Assembly: GCA_012295275.1 (NCBI GenBank)
Contig: CM022677.1
Span: forward strand, 2,728,001-2,792,000
DNA length: 64,000 nucleotides
DNA from: Chrysomallon squamiferum
Taxonomy: Eukaryota; Animalia; Mollusca
Direction: 5' to 3'
Shown here: in pieces, positions 27,901 to 40,984 of the stretch
Position numbering within the stretch: position 1 is the stretch's first letter
Layout of the letters: every line of letters begins with the position of its first letter
Made by a program: the position numbers and the translations under genes
The notes under the pieces: generated by a model
Seen by the model: only the letters and a program-made list of their open reading frames with translations
What the model was told of the DNA's origin: nothing
Database searches by the model: none

Positions 27901-29664
27901 TTAAATAATCTCAACCTATTTATTAGCCTGTAGAACATTTTCTTTATGTTTGTGGTTGTTTAATAACTGATAAAGAGATAAATACTTTTTAATTCCTTTT
28001 TCTGCATTCATTGGATTTCTCATTTTCATAAAACAAACACACGGATAAACACAAACTCCCCCACACACACACACAGACACACACAGATACACACAGACAA
28101 ACACACACTAGAGACCAGAAGTTGGTAAGTAAATAACGACATTTTCTTCTACATTTAAAACACACACGTTCAGGTTACCAACATTTATTCCCCAATAATT
28201 GGGGAAATTCCCCAACCCCATAAATTATCTTCTTTTTAAAAAAAAAATAAAAACTGTAATTTAAATATAATGTTAAATATGTAAAAAATAATCATCACAT
28301 ATGTACACACAGACAGTTACAAATGTGTATTTAAGTAAATAAACGTTTTTTTTTTGTTGTTTTTTTAAATCATACAATGTAGATTATTTAATTACAGGAC
28401 AGTGGGGTGGGGTAGTTTTTTTTACCTTTTTATTGCCTCCCCCAGGTGTGTGGTGTACTTTGTCCAGGGAACCAACTTTGGGTTCAGTTTTCCATTCCAG
28501 TTTCTTGCTCTCAATCTGAAATAAATAAATAAATAGATAAATAAATAAATATATATAGCAGTAACAATAATAACAACAGTAACAACAACAATAATAACAA
28601 AACAACAATTATGATAATAATAATAACATTATCATAACAACAAGTTAGATATATATATATATAAAATGTTCTCACTGTTCAGTATATAAATATTCATATT
28701 AATAAATTAGAAAAAACTAAATATATTTATTCTTCACTCTAGATCATGTTTGAATATTTTCAGATAAAATATACCTTTTTTGTGCCTCCTCCAGGAACAT
28801 GTTTAGCATTTTCTAGGGATCCAACTTTTGATTCCGTCTTCCACTCCAACTTTTTACTTTCAATCTGTAACCAAAAAAACAAAACTTCAGTTTATTTTAA
28901 ATAAATATACAAAACAAAAAACATATATATATATTAATAGAAGGACATGCCTATCATCTTCTTAAGTTAGTGTTTAAACTTTTCTAGAAGCAAAACACTT
29001 AAGCATTCATTTCACTCAGTGAAACAAGTGATCATGCAAAAAAAACCAGATGATCATGATGATGATAATGATGATGATAACAAAACAGACATTATTCACA
29101 GAGTATTAAAATTATTGATTTAAATGTTTGGTAAAAGAAAGAATATTTATAAGTAAAGACTGGAATTTAAACAAAAATACAAATATAAAATATAATAATA
29201 ACAATAATAATAATAATAATAAACTTATTAATAAAACAGATATATAATAAGAAAAAAGTAGTTTTTTAGTATATATATATTTGTTTTAATTTAAAAATTA
29301 AAAATGTATTATTATTCTGTTTGAAGAACATCTGTTTTCTTAATTTCATAAAATAAATAATAACCAACTATAATAATAATAATAACAAACAAAATATCAA
29401 TAAAAAAGTAAAAATAGTATAAAGTCATATCTCCTCCCTGAAGAGCAGAAAAAGTAAAGCTTTACAAAAACATTTAGAATCAAAGAAAGAAAATTAGTTT
29501 CATTATACTGAACAAAAACCATTTCCTGTTACCAGAGTTGTCTTAGTGTCCAGAGTTACCTGCCCTTGTCTTACCTTCTTGTCACCGCCCCCTGGCACAT
29601 GGCTAGCGTTTTCCAAAGAACCAATCTTTGATTGCGCATTCCAAGTTACTTTCTGTGATTCAAT
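19421..29664 (-). CDS. MAPT: Tau/MAP2/MAP4-family microtubule-associated protein, 3' portion (upstream exons not found; probably beyond or lost at the assembly gap)
   Basis: Phase-0 90-nt exons 29575-29664 (IESQKVTWNAQSKIGSLENASHVPGGGDKK), 28775-28864 (IESKKLEWKTESKVGSLENAKHVPGGGTKK), 28426-28515 (IESKKLEWKTEPKVGSLDKVHHTPGGGNKK), 26966-27055 (IEKHKVEWKVDSKVGSLDNVHHEPQGGNRK). Terminal exon 19421-19549 reads IESQKLSFKETAKAKTDHGVSPSG...NEV*, matching the vertebrate tau R' segment IETHKLTFRENAKAKTDHG. The symbol denotes the MAPT/MAP2/MAP4 family, not proven one-to-one orthology. Confidence 0.9.
21510..22008. repeat. Compound TG/TATG minisatellite with core gagtgtatttctctgtgtatttat
   Basis: About 9 cores separated by variable (tatg)n/(tg)n tracts, just downstream of the nested ORF stop codon. 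Confidence 0.85.
22060..23217 (-). CDS. Intronless 385-aa protein with 7 tau-type microtubule-binding repeats plus 1 partial, nested in the last intron of the tau/MAP2 gene
   Basis: Uninterrupted ORF, much GC-richer than its flanks. Repeats: PKIGSLDNYDHQPGGG, SKIGSFDNIDH, NIGMLDNVHYTPGG, SKVGSLEAIDHIPQGG, SRIGSFDNISYSPSGG, SKIGSLQNISYQPRGG, PKVGSLENIHHTPRGG, SKVDSL. The ATG is in an aaaATG context with an in-frame TAA 7 codons upstream. Confidence 0.88.
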   Translation of the reverse strand: MSETEQNRNLIPYGRTTHPGGQLKFSPLDRYDYSKHSPDGKPLPFVIPYVTVKKRSDGKYIVIEKYPRKLQPVAPVTQEHSPWNLMKLKNSSEVKFRSVRPQWKYSTCVSSLTKRGGQSRELPGCTLPWNARPKIGSLDNYDHQPGGGQKRIFSEKVVWTASSKIGSFDNIDHPVKHWRSQSEPLKQGNNTTTMTFPKLKSRYGAAANIGMLDNVHYTPGGATVVKRKQNFEHVRSKVGSLEAIDHIPQGGNKKIPTFKCRWNAKSRIGSFDNISYSPSGGDVLFLQEKLSWDGKSKIGSLQNISYQPRGGRVKIPHFKTNWRARPKVGSLENIHHTPRGGNYVIPSKRVKWNVKSKVDSLPSKNKSNSLSPDNSDYYMMRDCKF

Positions 29665-29864
29665 CTGTTGACATTTAAAACAGGAATGTTTTCAAAACTA
29701 AATAAATAACAAAAACTAATTCTTTAACCTGTTTTCTTTAGGGTTAGTTGGTAATTTTTTTTTTTCTTAAATATTTAAATTTGTAGAGAATGAAGTGTCG
29801 GATAGTTTCTTTTTAAATTGTTAGTGTATTCTTATTACTGTAAGATCTTAATAAGTTATAAATA

Positions 29865-29903
<39 letters not shown>

Positions 29904-30932
29904 TTATCATTTATCATTAATTTTTTAAAAAGAGAAAATTTAAGAAATGTTAAATATTTATTAAAATCAAATGGATATTAAAAAAATATAGAATATAACA
30001 GACCTACAAGAGATACAAACATTTTATTATAATTTTTTTTTAATTATAAATACATTACTAACTTTCATCCTTGAAATTAAAACATTTATAATAATTAACA
30101 TTAATGATGCACACTTTATTATAAGCTAATATAAAGTAAAAGTATTAATTTATAATAACAATAATAATTATTATTTTGAAAATTAGTAAAATTTTTCTTA
30201 TTCTGTAAAAATACTGGCTACCTGTAGATTTTTTATAATTTCTTTTAACTAAATAAGAATAAAGCAGTTTAATTATGCCAAGAGAAAGGAACAATAAATA
30301 ATTGTAATACATATAAAAATGTATTTGATTAGTTGATTTATATTAAAAAATTAAATCTAACAAGTACTGGTATAGACTAATGCAACAAATAGCTATGATG
30401 TGTTTAAACACACACATACATACACATTAAATCTCTATTTTTCTTTCTTTTTTTAAAACTATTTTGACACTACAGAATGAATCAAAGAAATTAAAACTGT
30501 GGAGAGAAGATTATACAATATTTAACAAAACTAAACAATATATACAAAATGACCATGCAGGGAAATGTGCTGCATTTTGAATCTGTGTAAAACAAATTTA
30601 CTCTCAAACAGACGATGAATGAGAAAACTGAAATTGAGAAACACTGAAATTAAAATATTAAAAATAAACAAAACAAAGAAATGTTGACATATTGTTGTTT
30701 ACTTTGGACACAGTTCTGTAAAAGTAAATTTTAAGTATTTCTGTTTTTATTTCACAAGAAAAACTAGGAGATAGAAATCAAAAAATCATTTGTTTTCAAC
30801 TTAAAATTGTAAGTAAATAAGTAAATAAATATCATCAATCACAAATTATAATAACATTTTAAACTCTAATAATATGAATTTGGTTGTGTTTAGGTAATCA
30901 TGCTTTTGTAACAAATATTTTTAAATTTTTAT

Positions 30933-31132
30933 NNNNNNNNNNNNNNNNNNNNNNNNNNNNNNNNNNNNNNNNNNNNNNNNNNNNNNNNNNNNNNNNNNNN
31001 NNNNNNNNNNNNNNNNNNNNNNNNNNNNNNNNNNNNNNNNNNNNNNNNNNNNNNNNNNNNNNNNNNNNNNNNNNNNNNNNNNNNNNNNNNNNNNNNNNNN
31101 NNNNNNNNNNNNNNNNNNNNNNNNNNNNNNNN
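30933..31132. other. Assembly gap (200 N)
   Basis: Run of 200 n; a round size typical of a scaffolding placeholder. Confidence 0.99.
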
Positions 31133-31683
31133 ATTCATCTTTATTTTAGATATATTTGTTATCTCTCTAATCTATTTAGATTTAATTAATATTTTATTTT
31201 TAATATTTCTTTATTTTATATATTTATTTTTTAAAATGCTGGCATTCAAAACTTCTCTGCGTGTAGATCACATACATTTAATTTAATAGCAAATATAGAT
31301 CTGACCTTCATTCCTTTGAAGAAGCTAACTCCCAGAAGTAATTAGTTTAGATTTGGGATTAAATGCCTCTTTCTTTAATTTTTATTTATTTATGAATTTG
31401 TTTTTGTTTTTTTCTCTATGAGATATATTTCTGTCACAGTTTTAGGCTCATCATAAATAATTATTAGTAGCCGGGAAGCCTGCCAAAACAGTCTGCTAGA
31501 TCATTGTAGAAGTTCAAGATGACAGAGGAAATAAAAGAGAGAAATGTACTCAGTGAATACAGATAGAACACACTGTAAGCTGGAAACCATTTTGAGTTTA
31601 TTGTGGCTAATCCAGCTTTACTTCCAAAATTGCTATATAAGTAATCTTGTGCAAGCTGAAAATAAATATTTCTGGTTTTGCAG

Positions 31684-34070
31684 GTGATTTTGAGAAAAAA
31701 AACCTGAAGCTGACAAATTCATCTGATACAGTTACTAGCCAGAGAGAGGAAATCAATAAAACAGAAAACTGTTCTGAAGTAAGTGGTCTTGATATGTTTT
31801 ATAGTAATACTTTTTTTTTTCTTCTATATGTTTTAAAACAAGAGCCATAATAATAATTTTATGGGAAATATTAATTTCACACAGACTTAGTTAAAATGGT
31901 AGAATTATCTTTATTTTGTTGTCTGTAATGCACGCCTATAAAAATTATATTTTTTATTAAGGTTTTAACTGATTAATTGTAAGGTTTGCTCAGGTAAAGG
32001 ATTTAGTCTTTTTTAAAGTTATTTTTGCTGCTTCTTGAATGTTACCATTATATCCAGTCAGTATTAAAACATTGTTAAAGTATAATTTATAATAATTTTC
32101 CATGACTGAAATTTTTCTTCCCAAAGATTTTATAGTGCAAATTAATCAAATGCTCCTAGCTTGAAATAGGTAAAACAAATAATCATTTAAATAATTTATG
32201 TTAAGATTTAGAATGATAAACTTGATGCTCATTTTTTATTTATAGTTAATTAATTTTTATTTTATTAATTTTTATTTCTATATTTGTTTATTTAGATAAA
32301 TCTGGCTAAAAAAGGGGAATGTACAAAATCCACAAAATTGCCTGATCTTGAACAAATAGTAAGAAACAGTGACTCATACATGAAACAAGATAGTTGTTTA
32401 AATATACCTATCAGACCACCAGCACAAACTTTGGATCCAGCATTTCAGAGGATTTTCTTGACCAGCTTGGAAGACCTTTCATGTAATCAGATCCAAGATA
32501 GATCGGTGGATTTTATACTTATGTGGTTTGCAGGGAAGGGATATTAATGTTTTTTTGTTTGCTTTTTTTTTTCTTTATCTGCTCAAATAGCATTTTAAAT
32601 AAATTATTTAAAAATATATAATAGCAATAACAACAACCATCACCACAACAACAACAACAATAATAATAAAATAAAATAAAACAAAAACCTGTCAAAACCA
32701 GTACTTTATTTCTTGATTCTGTTTTATAAAAATTCCTCAATATTCCTGAAAAATGAACATTCCAAATGCACAGACATCAAGTTGGTGGTAATTATGTTAT
32801 AAACTGCCATTGATCAGGAAGAAGCAGATGTAAATCCTTACAACTCTGATTCCTACCAGTCAAAACTTTATATATCAGATGACACAGAGTTGATTAGTTT
32901 CAGTGTTACTGTTGCAGTATCTGCATTATTTTGTTCAATTATTTTTTTTTTTTATCAGCTGGATCACTTCCTCGTTCAGGATTCAAATCTGTTAAGTTTT
33001 GTTTTGTGTTAGAATAATATACAAAAACTAGCTGATGAACTTAATGATATTCACAGATAATGTTTATTTTTTATGAATTTATTCAGCTGTCATTTACTGT
33101 TATAAATTTTTTTTTTCTTAAATATTTCAAAAAGATTTGAAGGTGTAAAGGACTTTTTTGTGGTTTGAATTAATTATATCATCACATTTAAAAGTGTTAA
33201 ATATTTGTAATTAATTGGAATTCTCTTTTGGGATTAAAAGATTATTATTCTGGATAAATGTATTGTTGCCAGATTATTAACTTATATTTCTAATCAAATC
33301 TAAAATTATGTGTATAGGATCAGTTCTAAGTGTTCCAAAAAAGTAAAGTAATCAAAATGACTGAATTCACATACCTAGTGCAGAATGATATTAACATTTT
33401 GTTATTAGAACTGAAAAGCTTTGGTATCTATTAGTAAACTAATGAATTCTTTTCAGTTTACAGGTGGAAACTGTCAAGTCCATGTCAGATTTTGTATTTC
33501 TTTTAAAAACTTGGTCAATGACAGAGTTTTTCAGATCTCACTCTCTCCCTTACAGTACAAGGCAGGTCAGTGCTGAAGATTCAGAGGAGAATTCACAATT
33601 TTATGAATTTCAGCTTTGAGAAATATTAGTGGTATTTGTATTATTATTATTACATTTTCATGTTATGTTTGTATTGCTTAACTTTAAAATATTTTGATTT
33701 AATCAATGCATTCTTTTTGTTTAGTATTAGAAAATCTTTCATAAAGAAATATTTTCAAATATGTTTATGAATTTAGTTATAAAAGACAATTTTTCTTTTT
33801 AAATTGAACAGAATGTAAAATTTGTAGTGATACTTTTTTATAGATATATATTTTTTGTTTAAATTATTTGTGATTTATTATTAAAATCTATTACAATAAG
33901 AAACAGATGGTGTTTATTTATAATAATTTCTTTCTAACATTACAGACAATTAAACAAAACCAAAAAATACTTATTATTCTATTAAATTTTATTACTGTAT
34001 CTACAGGAAAGACAAGATTCTGGAATCAGCTTCAGTTACAAGAATAGGGAGAAGATTTTAAACAGATGAG
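31684..34070 (+). pseudogene. Candidate exons of an unidentified gene or pseudogene
   Basis: AG/GT-bounded open segments: 31684-31778 (GDFEKKNLKL...ENCSE), 32296-~32545 (INLAKKGECTKSTKLPDLEQIVRN..., in phase with the previous one), 33464-33565 and 34007-34070. No recognisable domain and no complete model. Confidence 0.3.
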
Positions 34071-34816
34071 GTATCTACTGATAACTGGTAAAGAGATACA
34101 TAGAAAGAAAAGAGGGAGATATTATTGATAGACTGATAGACAGTTAGATCAGTAGAAGTTAAGCAGTAAATTGATAGATGTAGATGAATTTAGGCAGATA
34201 GTTAAACATGACAATGGCCATCTATCTATTCTGTGTTTTCTTCTTTCTGTCATGTGTGTTTGTGTGCCAGGCTGAGAGTGTAGACATACAGTAAAATACA
34301 TAGGTTGTAATGTAGCTATCTAGACATAGTTAGTTATGTATGTAGGTAGTTTGACAGGGAATTAGATATGATTGATGGATGGTTATTGATCTGTTATTGA
34401 TAATAAACAAATAGGTATGTAGGTCAGTAGTTCAGTAGGTTAATATGTAGATATATGTAGATAGTATGTAGCAGACAGACAGATAGGTGTAGGCAGGTAT
34501 GATGGTAATGTGGAAGACTGAATATATATATATATATATATAGCTACAGGTGTAGGTATGTAAGCTGGAGCAGGGAATAGTATATAGAAGGAAAAGTTGC
34601 TTGTCTTTTTTGAAGAGTGAATATATTGAGTAAATATGTTTGCAAACATACAGAACTATAGGGAGGTTTGAAGGTATGTAGACAATAAGATGTTTAAATG
34701 ACTGATAGATGTTATTGATATATAAACTGTTAGATAGGTTGATTATGTAGATAGAATGAGAAATTGTGTACATAAATATCCATATAGAGATACATATAGA
34801 TAGGTGGACACAGAAA

Positions 34817-34847
<31 letters not shown>

Positions 34848-35835
34848 ATTGATAAGAATGGCTAAATATGGGAATTGTGAATGAGAGTTATAAATGGAAA
34901 GTAACACAGAAAGATAGATATAAAACGTAGTTATAATAATTTAGGGAGATAGTCAGGAAGATGAATATCTGATTCAAGGGATTGTTATTGATGGATAGAG
35001 AAATATATATAGGGAGGCATTTCCTTAGAGTTCGATGGATGGATAAATAGATAGGTGTAAGCATATATGATGGTAAAGTGGATATGATCATGTATATGTA
35101 CATAGATAAATACACACAGAGACAGACAGAAGACAGAGAGGATTGGATCTGTATTTGGATCGAGTTAGATATCCAGAGTTAAATACAGATAGATTATATA
35201 TAGATATATAGAAATAAATACAAATAGATTTTATATATATATAAATACACACACAGAGATAAATACAGATAGATTATACAGATAGATTATATAGATGAAA
35301 GATATAAATACAGATAGATTACATAGACATTCAGCAAAATAGTGAGGTTTGAAGTAGTATATAGTTAGATATTCAGGGAGCTGGACATATTATTGATTGA
35401 TGGTTATTGAAAATTAGACGTATAAGCTAGAGAGATAAACTGATAGGTAGGTATGTTACTAGTTTGGTAGATTGATTTGTAGACAGACTGACAGACATAT
35501 AGATAGACATGTGTGTTAAGAACGGGGATGTGTATATATATATATATATACAGATGTATACACACACATACAGAACGTGTATAGTAATGATAATTTATTT
35601 GTGTGTTTAAAGATGATTAGTATATGTGTGTGTGTGTAAAAAAGGGTGGATAGAGAGGTAAATTGATAGACAGAAGAAAGCTAGATAGATGCAAGGAGGC
35701 ATCAGTATATACTCTCCCAGCTGTAAGAAAGACCGAGTCTGTTGCTTATGTACATGGGATAAATAGATAAAAAGAATGTATTTAAATAATTAAATATGAT
35801 ATAAATAGAGAGAGTGTATACGTAAATATGTGTGT

Positions 35836-35877
<42 letters not shown>

Positions 35878-36775
35878 AAAATAGACTGTGCTATTTGTAA
35901 CCGAGAGGGTAAGATAGCTTGATGTAGGGATAGTTAGACGTATTAATCGCTTGAAAAATAGATTGATAGGTTATGAAACTGCTTTGGAAAGAAAAATCCA
36001 TCTTTTGTGAATAATAATTGTTCCATATCAGTAGACACCTCATCTGTTTAAATTTTTCTCCCTATTCTTATAACTGAAGCTGATTCCAGAATCTTGTCTT
36101 TCCTGTAGATACAATAATAAAATGTAATAGAAATAATCATTATTTTTCCATATATATATATAGGTAAATGGATATAGTGATGAATGAATGGTTAGCTAGA
36201 CAGGTAATAAGATTAAGCTATACCACAGGTTGATCAACAAACAGACAGATACATAGATAGACAAATAGCCAAAGAAATTGATGATGAAATAAAACATATA
36301 CATAGATTGACTGATAGATAGATAGAAACATGCAGGTAAGTAAGGATGAGTAATTTGGACAGTGAAAGCCAGAGGGAGATATTTATATGTCATAACTTAT
36401 TCTTAAGTATATACACTTCTGTCTATGCTCTGTTGGCCTGTCTGTCTATCCGTATATAGAAAGAGCTTTCAAAGTAATGACACTGTATTCAAAATTAGAA
36501 AAAGTAGCAATACCCTATGTATCCATCTGTTCATCTATCTTCAGTAACTATATCTGTATGTAGGTATTTCTATTTATCTATCATAATCTATCTATCTGTC
36601 TGTCTATCTAACCAAAATAATGTTATTATATTAATGTACTAATTAACCATTCCCTATGGAAATGTTGCCAAACATACACCACGGTGAGGTTCAGTACACG
36701 TAGGGGATGTTAGTAATGGTTAGTATTTTTAAAAGGTTAGTATTTGGTTAATGATTTGTATTTTCTTAATGGTTA

Positions 36776-37388
36776 GTCTCTTTCTCTCTGTCTCTCTCTT
36801 TCTCTTACTCTCTATCTCTTTCTCTTTTCTCTCTTTCTCTTTTCTCTCTATCTCTGTCTCTCCGTGCGACTCTCTCGGTCTCTGTGTCTATCTCTCTCTG
36901 ACTTGCTCTCTCTGTCTCTCTTTCCCTCTATCACTGTCTCTCTTTTCTCTCTTTCTCTCTGTCTAACTCTGTCTCTCTCTTCCACTCTCTGACTCTGTCT
37001 CTCTGTCTTTCTTTCTCGGTCTCTCTCCATATCTCTCTGTCTCTCTCTGAATCTCTCTTTCTCCCTCTGTCTCTTTCTTTCTCTGTCTCTATCTGTTCTG
37101 AATCTCTCTTTTTCTCTCTTTATCTCTCTATCTCTCTCTGTCTCCCTATGTCCCTGTCTCTTTTCTCTCTGTCTCTTTCTCCCTCTGTGTCAGTCCCTAT
37201 CTGTCTCTCTCTTTATCTCACTGTCTCTCACTGTCTTTCTCTCTTTGTCTCTCTGTGTCTCTGTCTCTCTTTCTCTCTGTCTCTCTTTCTCTCTGTCTAT
37301 CTGTCTGTCTGTGTCTGTATCTCTCTGTGTGTTTTTCTCTGTCTCTGTCTTTTTCTCTCTCTCTCTGTAACTCGCTTTCTTCTCTCCA
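36776..37388. repeat. Degenerate CT-rich simple repeat
   Basis: About 600 bp of ct/ctgt/ctat low-complexity sequence. Confidence 0.9.
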
Positions 37389-38969
37389 CACAAACTTAAC
37401 AATTCTGCCTAAAGCAAAATTAACCAACAGCAAAAGCAACAACTATAACACCAATATTAGCAATAATAAAAATAACAAAAATAGTAATAATTATGTACCA
37501 CAGTAAACTAAATAACAGTGTTAGCAATAATATCAACAACAAAAATAAAAACAAACAAAAATGAAAGATGACACATACACACACAAACACACTTAATTAT
37601 ACTTTTAAACACCTGAATTGATGTTACATTCCGCGCTCTAGAAATCATTGTAACTGTGAAATTTAAATGTGTCAGTATGAAATGGCAGAAAAACAGTATT
37701 TATATGTAATTGAAATTTTTATGCTACATTTTTACAGTGAAATGAAATTTTCATGAAAACGTACAATCTTAGTCGTAGTGAAACCCAAATCTCTTTTTCT
37801 CTAATCATAATAAATAATATATATAAATTTTCACGTATCAAAACGGAATGTCGTAATAAATTTAAATTCTTATTTTTATTCTGAATAGTATGAATGAATA
37901 AATATTAAGTTTTTAGTAAAGAAACATTTTAAATATATGAAATAAACTAAGAATACACAGAGATACTACTACTACTACTACTACTACTACTAATAATAAT
38001 AATAATTAGTCAATTTTATAGACAAAGTAGTCTAAGGGAAATAACTCTGTTGTCCATTAATAGGAATGAATATAACGATGATAATGGTTAACATCATTAA
38101 CAACAACAAAACAAATTTTGAAAAAGGAAATAAAAAAAAAATGATGTATTTTGTAATTTAGATTTCTGTTTCATTTAATTCATTTAGTTAAGTGCTAAAG
38201 AAATGATATGAAATTAAATTTTTAGAATATATATTAAATTAATAATTGTTTGATAATTTTGATAATAATTTTAAACGAAAAATAACAAATAGTGGCATAA
38301 TGAATCAATAATAATTTTTTTATTACATTAAATATTTTCACAAACTTTGATGAATCTTCTATTCACATATTTCCACAAACTGATTTCATATCAAGTAATT
38401 CTGATAAACCCTTTTTTAAATGTAAGAAAGGGGAGATAACTCCATCCGAGAAAGTATTCGTTTTCATATTAAAGGAAAATAACTCTATTTGTGAATATAT
38501 TCGCTGGTAACTATTATTAAGAAATATTTTATTGTTTATTATATTTAATATAACAAATATTCATTTGTTTCTCCTTTTACCATCGGACAAAAGTATAATG
38601 TAGAAAACAATTCTTGTATTTTTAAGTTCTCACTATCTTTATCATATTTCAAGTTCAGTTATATCAAAATATAAATTTTCTTTTTGAAAATTTTAGATTT
38701 CAACAAATTAGATATTTTCAACATTGAATTATTATTATTAATATAAAACAGATGTTATTTACCTTTTAGACATTGATATATTAATATAACAAAAAAAGAA
38801 TATCCTATAAATATTTCCATCTGATCGATAATTTTAATATAAAAAGCATTCATTATTTAAAATGCTTATCAAATGATTAAGCAGTGTCCACTAATTAAAT
38901 TAAATTAAATTATTGGATTCCATTGGTTGAAAATATACCTGCACATTAATCACAAGCGAATATATTTAT

Positions 38970-39832
38970 ATTCTCTCCCTTTAACATGAAAAAGAATAAC
39001 CTCTCGGATAGAGTTATGTTCCCGTTGTTACATTTTTTCTCCTTGATTATTCAGGTTAAAACGAACATATTCCTATATAGATTTATCTCCCTTTAACATG
39101 AAAACGAATAACCTCTCGGATGGAGGTATCTCCCCTTTGTTACATTTTTCTCCTTGATTATTCAGGTTAAAACAAACATATTCATGTATAGAGTTATCTC
39201 CCCTTTGTTACATTTTTCTCTTCATTATTCAGGTTAAAACGAACATATTCCTATATAGAGTTATGTCCCCTTTCCTAGATTTTCCTCCTTGATTATTCAG
39301 GTTAAAACGAACATATTCCTATATAGATTTATCTCCGTTTAACATGAAAACGAATAACCTCTCTGATAGAGTTATCTCCCCTTTGTTACATTTTTCTCGA
39401 TTATTCAGGTTAAAACGAACATATTCCTATATAGAGTTATCTCCCCTTCGTTACATTTTTCTCTTGATTATTCAGGTTAAAACGAACATATTCCTATATG
39501 GAGTTATGTCCCCTTCGTTACATTTGTCTCTTGATTATTCAGGTTAAAACGAACATATTCCTATATAGAGTTATGTCCCCTTTGTTAGATTTTTCTCCTT
39601 GATTAGTCAGGTTAAAACGAATATATTCCTATATAGATTTATCTCCCCTTTGTTACATTTTTCTCTTGATTATTAAAACGAACAGATTCCTATATAGAGT
39701 TATGTCCCCTTTGTTACATTTTTCTCCTTGATTAGTCAGGTTAAAACGAATATATTCCTATATAGATTTATCTCCCCTTTGTTACATTTTTCTCTTGATT
39801 ATTAAAACGAACAGATTCCTATATAGAGTTAT
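38970..39832. repeat. Tandem array of ~67-bp units (gattattcaggttaaaacgaacatattcctatatagagttatctcccctttgttacatttttctc)
   Basis: Unit starts at 39466, 39533 and 39601 give a 67-68 bp period; a ~40-bp variant sub-unit is interleaved. Confidence 0.9.
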
Positions 39833-40701
39833 CTGATAAACCCTTTAATAATATAAGAAAGGGGAGATAACGTCATCCAAGAAAGTATTCGTTTTCATAT
39901 TAAAGGGAAATAACTCTATTTGTGAATATATTCGCTTGTAACTATTATTAAGAATTTTTTATTCAATATAGAAGATTGTAAAAGCAGAGCAATAATAAAA
40001 AGAAATAAAAACGCATGGCCCCTACCCCCCTGCCCTAGTACCCCACCCTCACAGCTTGTACTTTTGGAATCCGATGGAATCCTATTCCAGATTCATCTAC
40101 GAAATATTGTGGAAACATCACTTTCTTTATATATAACATGGGTCATACCCCGTGATGTGTCACCAGAGGTGGGAGGAGTTTACTCGGCGAAGTAAAGGCT
40201 ATATTGATTACAGTTTAGTGATATGTGCTCACAAACGTAGATTAGAGTTATGTCCCTTACGTGAGATGTATTCACTAAGCAAAGTGGAAATTATATCGAT
40301 TAGAGTTATCTTGAAAAATGAAATAAAAAAGAATAATGATGTAGTTTCTAATTTAGATTTCTGTTTCATTTAATTCATTTAGTTAACTGCTAAAGAAATG
40401 CTATTTAATTATTCAGTCAAGTTATGAAAAAATAATTCTAATAAAAACATTATTCACATAATAGAAGATTGTAACAGCAGAACAAAAAAAAAATAGTTTA
40501 AGAAATAAAAACGTATGGCCCCTGCCCCCCTGCCCTAGTACCCCACCCTCACACAGCTTGTGAAGGTACAGAACAATGTTTCTTGTAAGCATGTTCATGT
40601 GCGTGAGATCGTGGGATTGAATCTCAGCGTTTTTGGAGACATCAGCATTTCCGATTCCAGATTCATCTACGAAATACTGTGGAAACATCACTTTCTTTAT
40701 A

Positions 40702-40916
40702 CAGGGTGGCCCAGATGTAACCGAGCCCGAAAGCTCAATCGATGATCACTGATTTCAAGTCTGCTTCGCGAAAATGTGCAAAAAAGTAACAGAATGAACC
40801 ATTGAACGATGTCATCACTGTACTACAAATAATGGTTTGCATTTTGAACATTTGCTGTAACTATATGAAATAAAATTTGTTTCATTTAACTGTAACTTTA
40901 CATCTGGGCCACCCTG
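40702..40916. mobile_element. 215-bp Tc1/mariner-type MITE
   Basis: Perfect 19-bp TIRs cagggtggcccagatgtaa / ttacatctgggccaccctg with a TA target duplication. An exact empty site exists in the paralogous segment at about 40121-40140. Confidence 0.92.
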
Positions 40917-40984
40917 TATATAACATGGGTCATACCCCGTTATGTGTCACCAGAGGTGGGAGGAGTTTACTCGGCGAAGTAAAG

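Noticed and set aside
30884-31189. ORFs spanning X runs
   Set aside because: Artefacts of the N gap.
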